DNA of 64,000 nt from an uncultured Verrucomicrobiae bacterium (GTDB lineage: Bacteria > Verrucomicrobiota > Verrucomicrobiia > Chthoniobacterales > JAATET01), in NCBI GenBank assembly GCA_963761705.1, contig CAVXHK010000001.1, positions 1,283,140 to 1,347,139 of the forward strand, in the 5' to 3' direction. Below are positions 1-8,676 of the stretch, piece after piece. The translations under genes and the position numbers were made by a program. How positions within the stretch are numbered: position 1 is the first letter of the stretch; every line of letters begins with the position of its first letter. The notes under the pieces were generated by a model. The model was given only the letters and a program-made list of their open reading frames with translations. It made no database searches and was not told the origin of the DNA.

Positions 1-258
1 ATCGTCGAGACGTTTGCGGTGACCGAACTGAAAACGAAAGGTTTCGTAGCCCTCGTGAACGACGCGTTCGCCGGAGCGAAGAAGACCCTCGTGATCGGAG
101 CGAGCTTCGACGAGACGACCTACAAGTCGGCCCGTAACGTGAAGACAACGCAGCTCACCGTCGCCGCCGACGTGAACACCGAGCAGCTTCTCGCTTTCGA
201 CAAAATCATCGTCACACGTGACGGCATCCAGAAACTCTCCGAACGCCTCGCAGCATGA
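1..258 (+). CDS. rplD: 50S ribosomal protein L4, C-terminal fragment (5' end upstream of window)
   Basis: Frame 1 is open from nt 1. The stop overlaps the L23 ATG (ATGA at 255-258). Canonical position upstream of rplW-rplB. Confidence 0.75.
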   Translation: MVETFAVTELKTKGFVALVNDAFAGAKKTLVIGASFDETTYKSARNVKTTQLTVAADVNTEQLLAFDKIIVTRDGIQKLSERLAA

Positions 259-539
259 GCCAGATCTTCGATAACATTCAGACCATTCTTCTCACTGAGA
301 AGGCGACCCTGCTCTCCGAGACGCAGAACAAATATGTTTTTCGCGTGAGCCGCAGCGCCAACAAGCTTGAGATCAAGCGCGCCGTCGAGGTGCTCTTCAA
401 AAAGTCGGTCACCTCCGTGAACACGATGAACTACGACGGCAAAAAGAAGCGCGAACGTCGCGCCGACTTCGGCCGCCGTGCTCATTGGAAAAAAGCCATC
501 GTCACCCTCAAAGCGGGCGACAAACTCGACCTCGTCTAA
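255..539 (+). CDS. rplW: 50S ribosomal protein L23
   Basis: 94 aa with an L23-like core ([21 protein letters not shown]). Lies between L4 and L2. Confidence 0.9.
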   Translation: MSQIFDNIQTILLTEKATLLSETQNKYVFRVSRSANKLEIKRAVEVLFKKSVTSVNTMNYDGKKKRERRADFGRRAHWKKAIVTLKAGDKLDLV

Positions 540-556
540 GCGACGGGACACTAGCC

Positions 557-1408
557 ATGGGACTCAAAACATTTCGCCCGCTCACTCCGGCCAGCCGCTT
601 CAAGGCGCTGCCTGACTTCGCGGAGATTACCAAATCCGAACCGGAGAAGAGCCTTCTGCGGAAAATTAAGAAATCTGGCGGCCGCAACAACAATGGTCGA
701 ATGACCTCACGTCACCGTGGTGGCGGGCACAAGCGGCGCTACCGGATGATCGATTTCAAGCGCAAGACTCGCGACGTGGTCGCTGAGGTTATCGGCATCG
801 AATACGATCCGAATCGCTCCGCGCGCATCGCTCTTCTCAAGTATCCGGACGGCGAGAAGGCGTACATCCTGGCGCCAGTCGGTCTGACTGCGGGGGGCAA
901 AGTCACCGCGGGTGAGAAGGCCGAACCCAAGCCAGGCAACGCGATGCCCATTCGCAAAATTCCTCTGGGCATCACGATTCACAATTTGGAACTCATTCCC
1001 GGCCGCGGAGCCCAGCTCGTCCGCAGCGCTGGAACCGGAGCCGTCATCGCGAGCCGCGAGGGCGAATACGCCAACGTTAAACTTGCTTCCGGCGAACTCC
1101 GCCGAATTCACGTCGAGTGCTACGCCACGGTCGGCCAAGTCGGCAACACCGACCACGAGAACGTCTCGAGTGGCAAGGCCGGACGCTCCCGCTGGCTCGG
1201 CAAGCGTCCGCACGTTCGTGGTATGGTCATGAACCCGATCGATCACCCGAACGGTGGAGGTAACGGCAAGTCGAAGGGTGGTGGTGGACGTCAGCACCCG
1301 GTCAGCCCATGGGGTCAGCTCGCGAAGGGCTACAAAACTCGAACCAAGCACAAACCCTCCGACCGCTTCATCGTCGAGCGCCGGAAGAACAAGTCAAAAT
1401 CCAAGTAA
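557..1408 (+). CDS. rplB: 50S ribosomal protein L2
   Basis: Track ORF 485..1408 trimmed to ATG 557 ([15 protein letters not shown]). Contains GGGHKRRYR and [13 protein letters not shown] motifs. Confidence 0.97.
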   Translation: MGLKTFRPLTPASRFKALPDFAEITKSEPEKSLLRKIKKSGGRNNNGRMTSRHRGGGHKRRYRMIDFKRKTRDVVAEVIGIEYDPNRSARIALLKYPDGEKAYILAPVGLTAGGKVTAGEKAEPKPGNAMPIRKIPLGITIHNLELIPGRGAQLVRSAGTGAVIASREGEYANVKLASGELRRIHVECYATVGQVGNTDHENVSSGKAGRSRWLGKRPHVRGMVMNPIDHPNGGGNGKSKGGGGRQHPVSPWGQLAKGYKTRTKHKPSDRFIVERRKNKSKSK

Positions 1409-1411
1409 GCC

Positions 1412-1690
1412 ATGGCCCGTTCACTCAAAAAAGGTCCCTACGTTGACATGAAGCTTCTCGAGAAGATCGATAAGCTCAACGACACGAACACGAAGAAGCC
1501 CATCAAGACCTGGGCGCGTCGCTCGACCATCACGCCGGATTTCGTCGGTCACACTTTCAATACCCACAACGGCAAAACCTTCGTCCCGGTGTTCGTCACC
1601 GAGAACATGGTTGGCCACAAGCTCGGAGAGTTTTCGCCCACGCGGATCTTCAAACGGCACGGATCTCACACCGCCAAGGTGAGCAAGTAA
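1412..1690 (+). CDS. rpsS: 30S ribosomal protein S19
   Basis: 92 aa; [12 protein letters not shown]...[27 protein letters not shown]. Confidence 0.97.
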   Translation: MARSLKKGPYVDMKLLEKIDKLNDTNTKKPIKTWARRSTITPDFVGHTFNTHNGKTFVPVFVTENMVGHKLGEFSPTRIFKRHGSHTAKVSK

Positions 1691-1697
1691 GCGGAGG

Positions 1698-2486
1698 ATG
1701 AAACTGGCCGCGATAGCGCCAGTCCTTGGCGTCCTCGCGTTGGCACACGTTGCCAGCGGGCAGGACAATCGATCTTTGACAAATTCTGAATCACGCGTCC
1801 CGGAAGTTATTTCGGGAGTTCGGACGGACGTGCCCAGCGGGGACGCGCCGATTTACGAGCGCTTGCTGCTGCTGCAAAACTCCGTCCAAGCTCTCACGAG
1901 CAGTCTCGCCAACGCCAACGCGGAAGCTGAGATGTTCAAGCGCCAGTCGGAAGAGCTTTCGTTGAAGTTGCAGGCCCTGGGGATTGACGGCTTGGACGGC
2001 AATACGTCTAAGATCGAGCAGCGGCTCATCGCAGCGGTTCGTGATCTGCGTAACTCCAAGAAGGAAAGCGCGGAGCTGCGAACTCAAATGATCGAGTTGA
2101 CAGAGACCGTTCTAACGCTTATCCAATCCGCCCGCGAAATCCCGGTCGATGACCGAATGGCTGCGGAAACGCAACTCCGCAAGGCGAAGGAATTGCTGGG
2201 ATCCTCCCCCGAGGCGGTCCCGGCGCAATCGTTCGCTGCAAGTCTCTCCGATGGGATGGTGACCGAACTGAAGGACGAATGGTCCCTCGTCGTCGCCAAC
2301 ATCGGCGACAGGCAGGGAGTAAAGATCGGCATGCCTTTCGAGGTGTGGCGCGACGGCAATCGGATCGGAGAGGTCAAAGTCGTCGACGTCCGTGAGTCGA
2401 TCAGCGGTGCAGTGATTCAGAATTTAGACAACGAGAAGACTCCGATCAAAGTCGGAGACCGACTTCGGGTGAACGCCCGAAACTAA
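1698..2486 (+). CDS. secreted coiled-coil protein of unknown function, inserted inside the S10 operon
   Basis: 262 aa. Signal-peptide-like N-terminus (MKLAAIAPVLGVLALAHVASG), then a long heptad-like helical region, then a C-terminal beta-rich segment (GVKIGMPFEVW...IKVGDRLRV). Starts 8 nt after the rpsS stop and ends 32 nt before rplV. Confidence 0.7.
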   Translation: MKLAAIAPVLGVLALAHVASGQDNRSLTNSESRVPEVISGVRTDVPSGDAPIYERLLLLQNSVQALTSSLANANAEAEMFKRQSEELSLKLQALGIDGLDGNTSKIEQRLIAAVRDLRNSKKESAELRTQMIELTETVLTLIQSAREIPVDDRMAAETQLRKAKELLGSSPEAVPAQSFAASLSDGMVTELKDEWSLVVANIGDRQGVKIGMPFEVWRDGNRIGEVKVVDVRESISGAVIQNLDNEKTPIKVGDRLRVNARN

Positions 2487-2518
2487 ACAAATTTACAGCA
2501 ACTCAAACTCAGACACTC

Positions 2519-3007
2519 ATGCAGGTTCAATCGACATATCGCTACGCGAAGATCTCGGCATTCAAGGCACGCGAAGTGACCAAGGAAATTCAGGGCCTGC
2601 CCGCGTCCGAAGCTCTCAGTCTTCTTCAGTTTACGCCCAAGAAGGCGGCTGTTCTCATCATCAAGACACTCAAAAGCGCGATAGCCAACGCCGAGAACAA
2701 CAACAACCTGCGCAGTGAGAGTCTTGTCGTTCAGGAGGCCGTTGTTGGCGAGGGGCCGACGCTGAAGCGCTTCCGCCCGAAGGCTCGGGGTAGCGCTGGT
2801 GCGATCCGCAAACGGTCCTCGCACATCAAAATTACCCTCACCGACGAGATCGAAATCACACGGCGCGAGCCAAAGAGCACCAAGAAAAAGACGAAGTCGG
2901 CCAAGCCAGCCAAGTCGTCGAAAACCGTGGAGGCTGAGCCAGTTGAACCAGTGGCAGCCGCTCCAACCGAACAGACGCCCGCCGTGGCCGAGGAAACCAA
3001 AAGCTAA
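2519..3007 (+). CDS. rplV: 50S ribosomal protein L22 with K/A/P/E-rich C-terminal extension
   Basis: 162 aa. The N-terminal ~115 aa are L22-like (ISAFKAREVTKEIQG...GPTLKRFRPKARG). The tail is KSTKKKTKSAKPAKSSKTVEAEP... Confidence 0.93.
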   Translation: MQVQSTYRYAKISAFKAREVTKEIQGLPASEALSLLQFTPKKAAVLIIKTLKSAIANAENNNNLRSESLVVQEAVVGEGPTLKRFRPKARGSAGAIRKRSSHIKITLTDEIEITRREPKSTKKKTKSAKPAKSSKTVEAEPVEPVAAAPTEQTPAVAEETKS

Positions 3008-3010
3008 GTT

Positions 3011-3694
3011 ATGGGACAAAAAGTCAACCCAATTGGATTTCGCCTCCCGGTCACTCGTGACTGGAGATCGAAGTGGTATGCTTCCAAGAAGGAACTCAGT
3101 GAGTTTCTTTTCATTGACGCGAAGATTCGCAAGCACCTCACGAACCGCCTCAAGACGGCAGCGATGTCGAAAATTCTGATCGAGCGTGCCTGGAACACGG
3201 TCCGGATCACCATCTTCACCGCCCGCCCCGGCGTGGTGATCGGTCGGAAGGGTTCGGAAATCGAAAACATGACTCAGGAGATCGCCAACATTGCTGGTGG
3301 CAAGCAGGTCAAGATCGATATCGTGGAGATCAAGAAGCCGGAAATTGATGCTCAACTTGTTGCCGAGAACGTTGCCAGCCAGTTGTCCCGTCGGATCTCG
3401 TTCCGTCGCGCGATGAAGCGCTCGGTGCAGACGGGAATGGACATGGGTGCTGAGGGCATCAAGGTCCGCATCTCGGGCCGCCTCGGTGGTTCGGAGATCG
3501 CCCGGACGGAATGGTACCGCGAGGGGACGATCCCTCTGCACACCCTTCGGCAGCCGATTGATTACGGATTCTGCGAAGCCGACACCACCGCCGGTAAGAT
3601 CGGCGTCAAGTGCTGGGTCGTGAAGCCCGCCGAGAAGGAAGAAGAGAAGCCTGCCGTGCCACCGCCCGCACCGGAGCCAATCGCCGCTAGCTAA
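3011..3694 (+). CDS. rpsC: 30S ribosomal protein S3
   Basis: 227 aa; MGQKVNPIGFRL..., with KH and S3-C regions. Confidence 0.97.
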   Translation: MGQKVNPIGFRLPVTRDWRSKWYASKKELSEFLFIDAKIRKHLTNRLKTAAMSKILIERAWNTVRITIFTARPGVVIGRKGSEIENMTQEIANIAGGKQVKIDIVEIKKPEIDAQLVAENVASQLSRRISFRRAMKRSVQTGMDMGAEGIKVRISGRLGGSEIARTEWYREGTIPLHTLRQPIDYGFCEADTTAGKIGVKCWVVKPAEKEEEKPAVPPPAPEPIAAS

Positions 3695-3723
3695 CCAACA
3701 CAAGTTTTTAGGAGGACACTGAC

Positions 3724-4140
3724 ATGCCAATGATGCCCAAACGCGTGAAGTATCGGAAGTCGCAGCGCGGCAGCCGAAAGGGGAACGCGTCCCGCACACT
3801 TTCGATTGATTTCGGCGAATACGGACTCCAGACGCTTGAGCGCGCTTGGATCACGAACACGCAGATCGAGGCCGCCCGTGTCGCGATGAATCGCCACATG
3901 AAGCGCAAAGGAAAGTTGTGGATCCGCATGTTCCCGGACAAATCCGTCACCAAGCGTCCACCGGAGACCCGGATGGGTAAGGGTAAGGGCCAGCCGGAGT
4001 ACTGGGTCGCTACGATCCGCCCGGGCAACATCCTTTTCGAGATCGCCGGCATCCCCGAGTCGCTCGCCAAAGAATGTTTGCGTCTCGCCGCCAACAAGCT
4101 TCCTGTCCGCACGCGCTTTTTGTCGCGCCACCACGCCTAA
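3724..4140 (+). CDS. rplP: 50S ribosomal protein L16
   Basis: 138 aa; [16 protein letters not shown]...[14 protein letters not shown]. Confidence 0.97.
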   Translation: MPMMPKRVKYRKSQRGSRKGNASRTLSIDFGEYGLQTLERAWITNTQIEAARVAMNRHMKRKGKLWIRMFPDKSVTKRPPETRMGKGKGQPEYWVATIRPGNILFEIAGIPESLAKECLRLAANKLPVRTRFLSRHHA

Positions 4141-4155
4141 AATTTTACCGAACCG

Positions 4156-4359
4156 ATGAAGATTCAAGAAGCCCGCGAGATGACTCTCCAAGAGCTGGCC
4201 GCCCGCAAGCGCGAGTTCCAGCAGGAAGCATTTAATCTCCGCATTCAGCAGCAGGGTGGCCAGCTCGAGAAGCCCCACCTGATCAAAGAAATCCGCCGCA
4301 ACGTTGCGCGGGTCGAGGCTGCGATCGTGGAGAAGTCGAAGGCCGTAACAGCCAAGTAA
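4156..4359 (+). CDS. rpmC: 50S ribosomal protein L29
   Basis: 67 aa, helical, in the operon position after rplP. Confidence 0.9.
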   Translation: MKIQEAREMTLQELAARKREFQQEAFNLRIQQQGGQLEKPHLIKEIRRNVARVEAAIVEKSKAVTAK

Positions 4360-4362
4360 GCC

Positions 4363-4647
4363 ATGAGCGAAGATACCACCGCCACCGTCGAACCAACTGA
4401 AACTCGCACGCTCCGCAAGACGCGCGTCGGGATCGTTGTCTCGGATAAGATGGAGAAATCCATCGTCGTCAAAATCACGAGCCGCGTCCCGCATCCGAAA
4501 TTCGGCAAGATTATCAAGCAAACCGCCAAGTTTCACGCTCACGACGAGAATAACGAAGCGAAAATCGGTGACCGCGTCGTCATTGCCGAGACCCGTCCTC
4601 TCAGCCGCCTCAAGCGGTGGCGTCTCGTCGAGGTAACCCAGCACTAA
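4363..4647 (+). CDS. rpsQ: 30S ribosomal protein S17
   Basis: 94 aa; [21 protein letters not shown]...[22 protein letters not shown]. Confidence 0.93.
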   Translation: MSEDTTATVEPTETRTLRKTRVGIVVSDKMEKSIVVKITSRVPHPKFGKIIKQTAKFHAHDENNEAKIGDRVVIAETRPLSRLKRWRLVEVTQH

Positions 4648-4661
4648 GCGCCTTCCGTTCT

Positions 4662-5027
4662 ATGATTCAGTTACTTTCCAGTATTGAGGTCGCCGATAAC
4701 ACCGGCGCTCGTCGGGCGCACATGATCGGCGTCATCGGCAAGGCGACGAAGTTCGCTGGCGTCGGTGACATCATCACTTGCAACGTCAAGGAGGCCTCGA
4801 CGGGTGGCGCGGTCAAGAAAGGGGATGTCGTTCGCGCCGTCGTCGTTCGTACCGCTCACCCGATCAAGCGCCGTGACGGTTCCGTCCTGCGTTTCGATAA
4901 AAACGCCGTCGTCATCATCGACAAAGATTCCAACCCCCGCGGGACCCGCGTCTTCGGACCCGTTGCTCGCGAACTCCGCGAGAAGAACTTCATGAAGATC
5001 GTTTCGCTAGCGCCGGAGGTTCTCTGA
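4662..5027 (+). CDS. rplN: 50S ribosomal protein L14
   Basis: Track ORF 4617..5027 trimmed to ATG 4662 ([17 protein letters not shown]); 121 aa. Confidence 0.97.
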   Translation: MIQLLSSIEVADNTGARRAHMIGVIGKATKFAGVGDIITCNVKEASTGGAVKKGDVVRAVVVRTAHPIKRRDGSVLRFDKNAVVIIDKDSNPRGTRVFGPVARELREKNFMKIVSLAPEVL

Positions 5028-5029
5028 CC

Positions 5030-5302
5030 ATGAAAAAAGAAGTGCAGAAAGTTTTTCACGTGAAGCGCGGCGACACCGTTGAGGTGGTCGCAGGCAACCA
5101 TAAGGGTTCGACTGGCAAGGTTATCGAGGTCATCCGCCCGAAGGCTCAAGTCCTCGTCGAAGGCGTGCGCATGATCAAGAAGACCCAAAAGAAGTCTCAG
5201 GATCAACCCAATGGCGCGATCCTGGAGCGAGAGGGTCCCATTCACATTTCGAACGTCAAACTCACTGAGAAAGGCGCGACCGACAAAAAAAAGGCCGCCT
5301 AA
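5030..5302 (+). CDS. rplX: 50S ribosomal protein L24
   Basis: 90 aa with a KOW-like VKRGDTVEVVAGNHKGSTGKV. Confidence 0.93.
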   Translation: MKKEVQKVFHVKRGDTVEVVAGNHKGSTGKVIEVIRPKAQVLVEGVRMIKKTQKKSQDQPNGAILEREGPIHISNVKLTEKGATDKKKAA

Positions 5303-5308
5303 TTGATC

Positions 5309-5932
5309 ATGTCCGCTTTAGCAGAACCAGAACTCCTCACCGAATACCGCTCACGCGTTGTTCCCGCGCTCCGCGAGAAGCACGGTTACACGAACTTACA
5401 CCAGATTCCGAAGGTGACGAAGGTCGTCATTAACAGCTGCGTCGGCTCCGCCCAAGACGTGAAGGAATCGCTCGAGATCGCGAAGAACGAGATCGCTGCA
5501 ATCTCCGGACAGCGTCCCATCGAGACGATCGCTAAGAAGAGTGTCGCAAACTTCAAGCTCCGCGAGGCTCAACCGATCGGCGCGAAGGTCACTCTTCGTG
5601 GGCGCACGATGTATGAATTCCTCGAGCGTCTCATCAAGACGGCGCTCCCGCGCATTCGTGATTTCCGTGGGGTCTCCCCCAAGGCTTTCGACGGCAATGG
5701 AAATTACACGCTGGGCGTCTCGGATCAGTCGATTTTCCCAGAGATCGAGCTCGACAAAATTAAACGCAACATCGGCTTCGACGTGACCATCGTCACGACG
5801 GCCATCACCAACGCGGAGGCGAAGGACCTGCTGATTGAACTTGGCGTGCCTTTCTCCGATAAACCCAAACCCGAGCCCGTTGGCAAAGCCGCCGAGCCCG
5901 AGGACGACAAGGAGGCTGCGACCCAAAGCTAG
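5309..5932 (+). CDS. rplE: 50S ribosomal protein L5 (acidic/K-rich C-terminal tail)
   Basis: ATG at 5309; the track starts at an in-frame TTG at 5303. L5 core (NLHQIPKVTKVVINSCVG...). The tail is KPKPEPVGKAAEPEDDKEAATQS. Confidence 0.95.
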   Translation: MSALAEPELLTEYRSRVVPALREKHGYTNLHQIPKVTKVVINSCVGSAQDVKESLEIAKNEIAAISGQRPIETIAKKSVANFKLREAQPIGAKVTLRGRTMYEFLERLIKTALPRIRDFRGVSPKAFDGNGNYTLGVSDQSIFPEIELDKIKRNIGFDVTIVTTAITNAEAKDLLIELGVPFSDKPKPEPVGKAAEPEDDKEAATQS

Positions 5933-5989
5933 TTAATTGGTTTTCCGGAATTTGTCCCGGAAGCCGCTGCTCGAATCGCTGCACACATC

Positions 5990-6385
5990 ATGACCGTATC
6001 AGACCCAATCGCCGACTTCCTGACCCGCCTGCGCAATGCGGCCGCCGTCAGCAAACCGGTTTTCGACGTGCCCTTCTCAAAAATGAAGGGCGAACTCTCC
6101 CGCATCCTCAAGGATGAGGGCTACATCAAGGACTACGAAGTGGACACGACTGGGAAATTCCCCGTCATCAAAGTCCAGACCAAGTTCGTTAAGAAGCAAT
6201 CGGCCGTGGTCGGCCTTAAGCGCGTCAGCAAACCTGGACTTCGCAAATACGTGGGATCGACCGAAATTCCGCGCGTTCTTGGCGGCATGGGGATCGCAAT
6301 TTTGTCGACGTCGAGTGGCATCATGACCGGCCACGAGGCCCGGCGTAAAAAAGTCGGTGGTGAGCTTCTCGCCTACGTCTGGTAA
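5990..6385 (+). CDS. rpsH: 30S ribosomal protein S8
   Basis: 131 aa; MTVSDPIADFLTRLRNA...GGELLAYVW. Confidence 0.97.
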   Translation: MTVSDPIADFLTRLRNAAAVSKPVFDVPFSKMKGELSRILKDEGYIKDYEVDTTGKFPVIKVQTKFVKKQSAVVGLKRVSKPGLRKYVGSTEIPRVLGGMGIAILSTSSGIMTGHEARRKKVGGELLAYVW

Positions 6386-6417
6386 TCCCGAAAACGAATA
6401 ACTGAGGAAATCCAGCC

Positions 6418-6957
6418 ATGTCACGTATCGGAAAAAAAGAAATTGTCCTTCCTGAGAAGGTGAAAATCGCCGAGGGCGACAATCGCCTTGTCACAGTCGA
6501 AGGTCCGAAAGGGAAGCTCGAGTGGACGCTTCCAAAAGCCATTAAGCTGACCGTCGCAGACGGGAAGGCGACGTTCGAGCGCGAAGGGGATGCCCGCAGT
6601 CTTCGCGCACTTCACGGCTTGTCCCGCGCCCTGGTCAACAACATGATCACGGGGGTTTCGACTGGGTTCAAACGCAACCTTGAGATTCAGGGCGTCGGTT
6701 TCAAAGCTGCCATGCAGGGATCGAAGCTCAATCTTAGCCTCGGCTTCTCTCACCCAATCCATCACGAAATCCCCTCGGACCTGACGGTCACCGTGACCGA
6801 TAACACGAAGATCCAAATCGAAGGAATCGACAAGCAAAGTGTCGGCCAGTGCGCCGCCAACATCCGGGCCTACTACCCGCCTGAACCCTACAAGGGCAAA
6901 GGCGTCCGCTACAGCGATGAGGTCGTCCGCCGCAAGGAAGGCAAGAAGGTTCAGTAA
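6418..6957 (+). CDS. rplF: 50S ribosomal protein L6
   Basis: 179 aa; MSRIGKKEIVLPEKV...PYKGKGVRY. Confidence 0.97.
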   Translation: MSRIGKKEIVLPEKVKIAEGDNRLVTVEGPKGKLEWTLPKAIKLTVADGKATFEREGDARSLRALHGLSRALVNNMITGVSTGFKRNLEIQGVGFKAAMQGSKLNLSLGFSHPIHHEIPSDLTVTVTDNTKIQIEGIDKQSVGQCAANIRAYYPPEPYKGKGVRYSDEVVRRKEGKKVQ

Positions 6958-6975
6958 TATTAACAGAAACGTCTC

Positions 6976-7332
6976 ATGGCACATCTCAACATTCGAAAAG
7001 TCCGTCACGCGCGGGTTCGCAAAAAGGTCCGCGGCACCGCCGAGCGCCCGCGGCTGGCCGTCCACTTCTCCGGACGCCACATCACCGCGCAAGTGATCGA
7101 CGACACTCTTGGTCTCACGCTCGCCTCGGCCAACACGACCGAGAAGGACGTCCGGGGCTCCGGCGACGCTCGCGCCAACGTTGCGACCGCCGAGAAAATC
7201 GGTAAGCTCCTCGCCGAGCGTGCCTCCGGCAAAAACATCAAGCGCGTCGTGTTTGATCGAGGTGGCTTTCAATACCACGGTAAGGTCAAGGCACTCGCTG
7301 ACGCAGCTCGCGCGGCGGGCTTCGACTTTTAA
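6976..7332 (+). CDS. rplR: 50S ribosomal protein L18
   Basis: 118 aa; ...[28 protein letters not shown]. Confidence 0.95.
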   Translation: MAHLNIRKVRHARVRKKVRGTAERPRLAVHFSGRHITAQVIDDTLGLTLASANTTEKDVRGSGDARANVATAEKIGKLLAERASGKNIKRVVFDRGGFQYHGKVKALADAARAAGFDF

Positions 7333-7357
7333 CCCCAATTTTTAAGGATATAGCATT

Positions 7358-7948
7358 ATGGCAATGGATCGCAGAAACAGCCGGGACCGCAAAGGTCGTG
7401 GCCCGGGCCTCCAAGAGGAGCCTTCGGAATTTACCGAGAAAGTCGTCTTCATCAATCGTTGCGCGAAGGTCGTCAAAGGTGGCCGTCGCTTCAGCTTCAG
7501 CGCTTTGATCGTGACCGGCAACCGCAAGGGTAAAGCTGGTTTCGGCTTCGGAAAAGCCAACGAAGTTGCCGAGGCAATCCGGAAAGGATCCGAGGCCGCT
7601 CGCAAAAATCTGAAAGACTACCCGATGCGCGAAACGACCATCCCGCACCGCGTGGAAGGTGAGTTCGGTGGCGGTCGCGTGATGCTTCGCCCCGCCTCAG
7701 CCGGAACTGGCGTCATCGCCGGTGGCGGTGTCCGCGCTGTCATTGAAGCGGTCGGCATCCGCGACATCCTCGCGAAGTCCCAGGGTTCGAACAATCACGC
7801 GAACGTCGTCAAGGCGACCTTCACCGCGCTCGACCTCCTTCGTCAGCGCGACGAGATCATGGCGCTTCGCGGCAAGCGCATCGCACCGCCAAAAACCGAA
7901 GCGGTTGCCGAAGAGCCGAAGGTCGAGGAAACCGCCGTAACTGCCTAA
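7358..7948 (+). CDS. rpsE: 30S ribosomal protein S5
   Basis: 196 aa; VVFINRCAKVVKGGRRFSFSALIVTGN... Confidence 0.95.
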   Translation: MAMDRRNSRDRKGRGPGLQEEPSEFTEKVVFINRCAKVVKGGRRFSFSALIVTGNRKGKAGFGFGKANEVAEAIRKGSEAARKNLKDYPMRETTIPHRVEGEFGGGRVMLRPASAGTGVIAGGGVRAVIEAVGIRDILAKSQGSNNHANVVKATFTALDLLRQRDEIMALRGKRIAPPKTEAVAEEPKVEETAVTA

Positions 7949-7954
7949 ACACCG

Positions 7955-8431
7955 ATGAGACTTCACGATTTAAAACCCAATCCAGGTGCGAAACATCGGA
8001 AAAAGCGCCTCGGTATTGGCGAAAGCTCCGGCCAGGGAAAGACTTCCGGCAAGGGACACAAGGGCCAGAAAGCTCGTTCCGGCGGGTCGATTCGTCCCGG
8101 ATTTGAGGGCGGTCAGATGCCGCTCTTCCGTCGGTTGCCCAAGCGCGGCTTCAACAACAAGCAGTTCAAGACAGTTTTCGGTACGGTCAATCTTGATGAC
8201 CTCGATCGTTTATTCGACGAGGGAGCGACGGTCGATCAGGCTGCTTTGCGCGAGAAGGGACTCGTCCGCGGAAAGCTTGATGGCGTCAAAGTTTTGGGAC
8301 GCGGTGAGATCACAAAAAAGCTGACGTTGGAAATCGATCACCTCACGGCGACGGCCCGCGAGAAAATCGAAGCCGCCGGTGGCTCGATTTCGCTCCGCGA
8401 GAAAACTGCGGCACTGCGCCCCAAGGCGTAG
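7955..8431 (+). CDS. rplO: 50S ribosomal protein L15
   Basis: 158 aa; MRLHDLKPNPGAKHRKKRLGIG..GQGKTSGKGHKGQ. Starts 6 nt after the rpsE stop, so there is no rpmD. Confidence 0.95.
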   Translation: MRLHDLKPNPGAKHRKKRLGIGESSGQGKTSGKGHKGQKARSGGSIRPGFEGGQMPLFRRLPKRGFNNKQFKTVFGTVNLDDLDRLFDEGATVDQAALREKGLVRGKLDGVKVLGRGEITKKLTLEIDHLTATAREKIEAAGGSISLREKTAALRPKA

Positions 8432-8676
8432 CAAATCGTCCCTCTGGCATTGGTCGTCAGCTCGCGAGCGCGGCATCGGTTTCCGACCGGTGGTGTTTAC
8501 GCGCTCCGGCCGGGGGCCGATCAAACGCAATGCTAGCTCGACGGGTGCTGTTTGGAGTCATGTTGATCCGGCAAACCGGGCGGCGGGGTTAAAGACACAA
8601 TGCTCCACCCCCGTTTTTCGATTGCGCCGGTTGCCGTCCCCACGTTTCATCGCGCTCCCGCTTTTTCCCTGAATTT

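Noticed and set aside
2483-3799. 438-aa minus-strand ORF
   Set aside because: Antisense to the unambiguous rplV and rpsC genes, with Arg/Leu/Gly-rich non-protein-like sequence.
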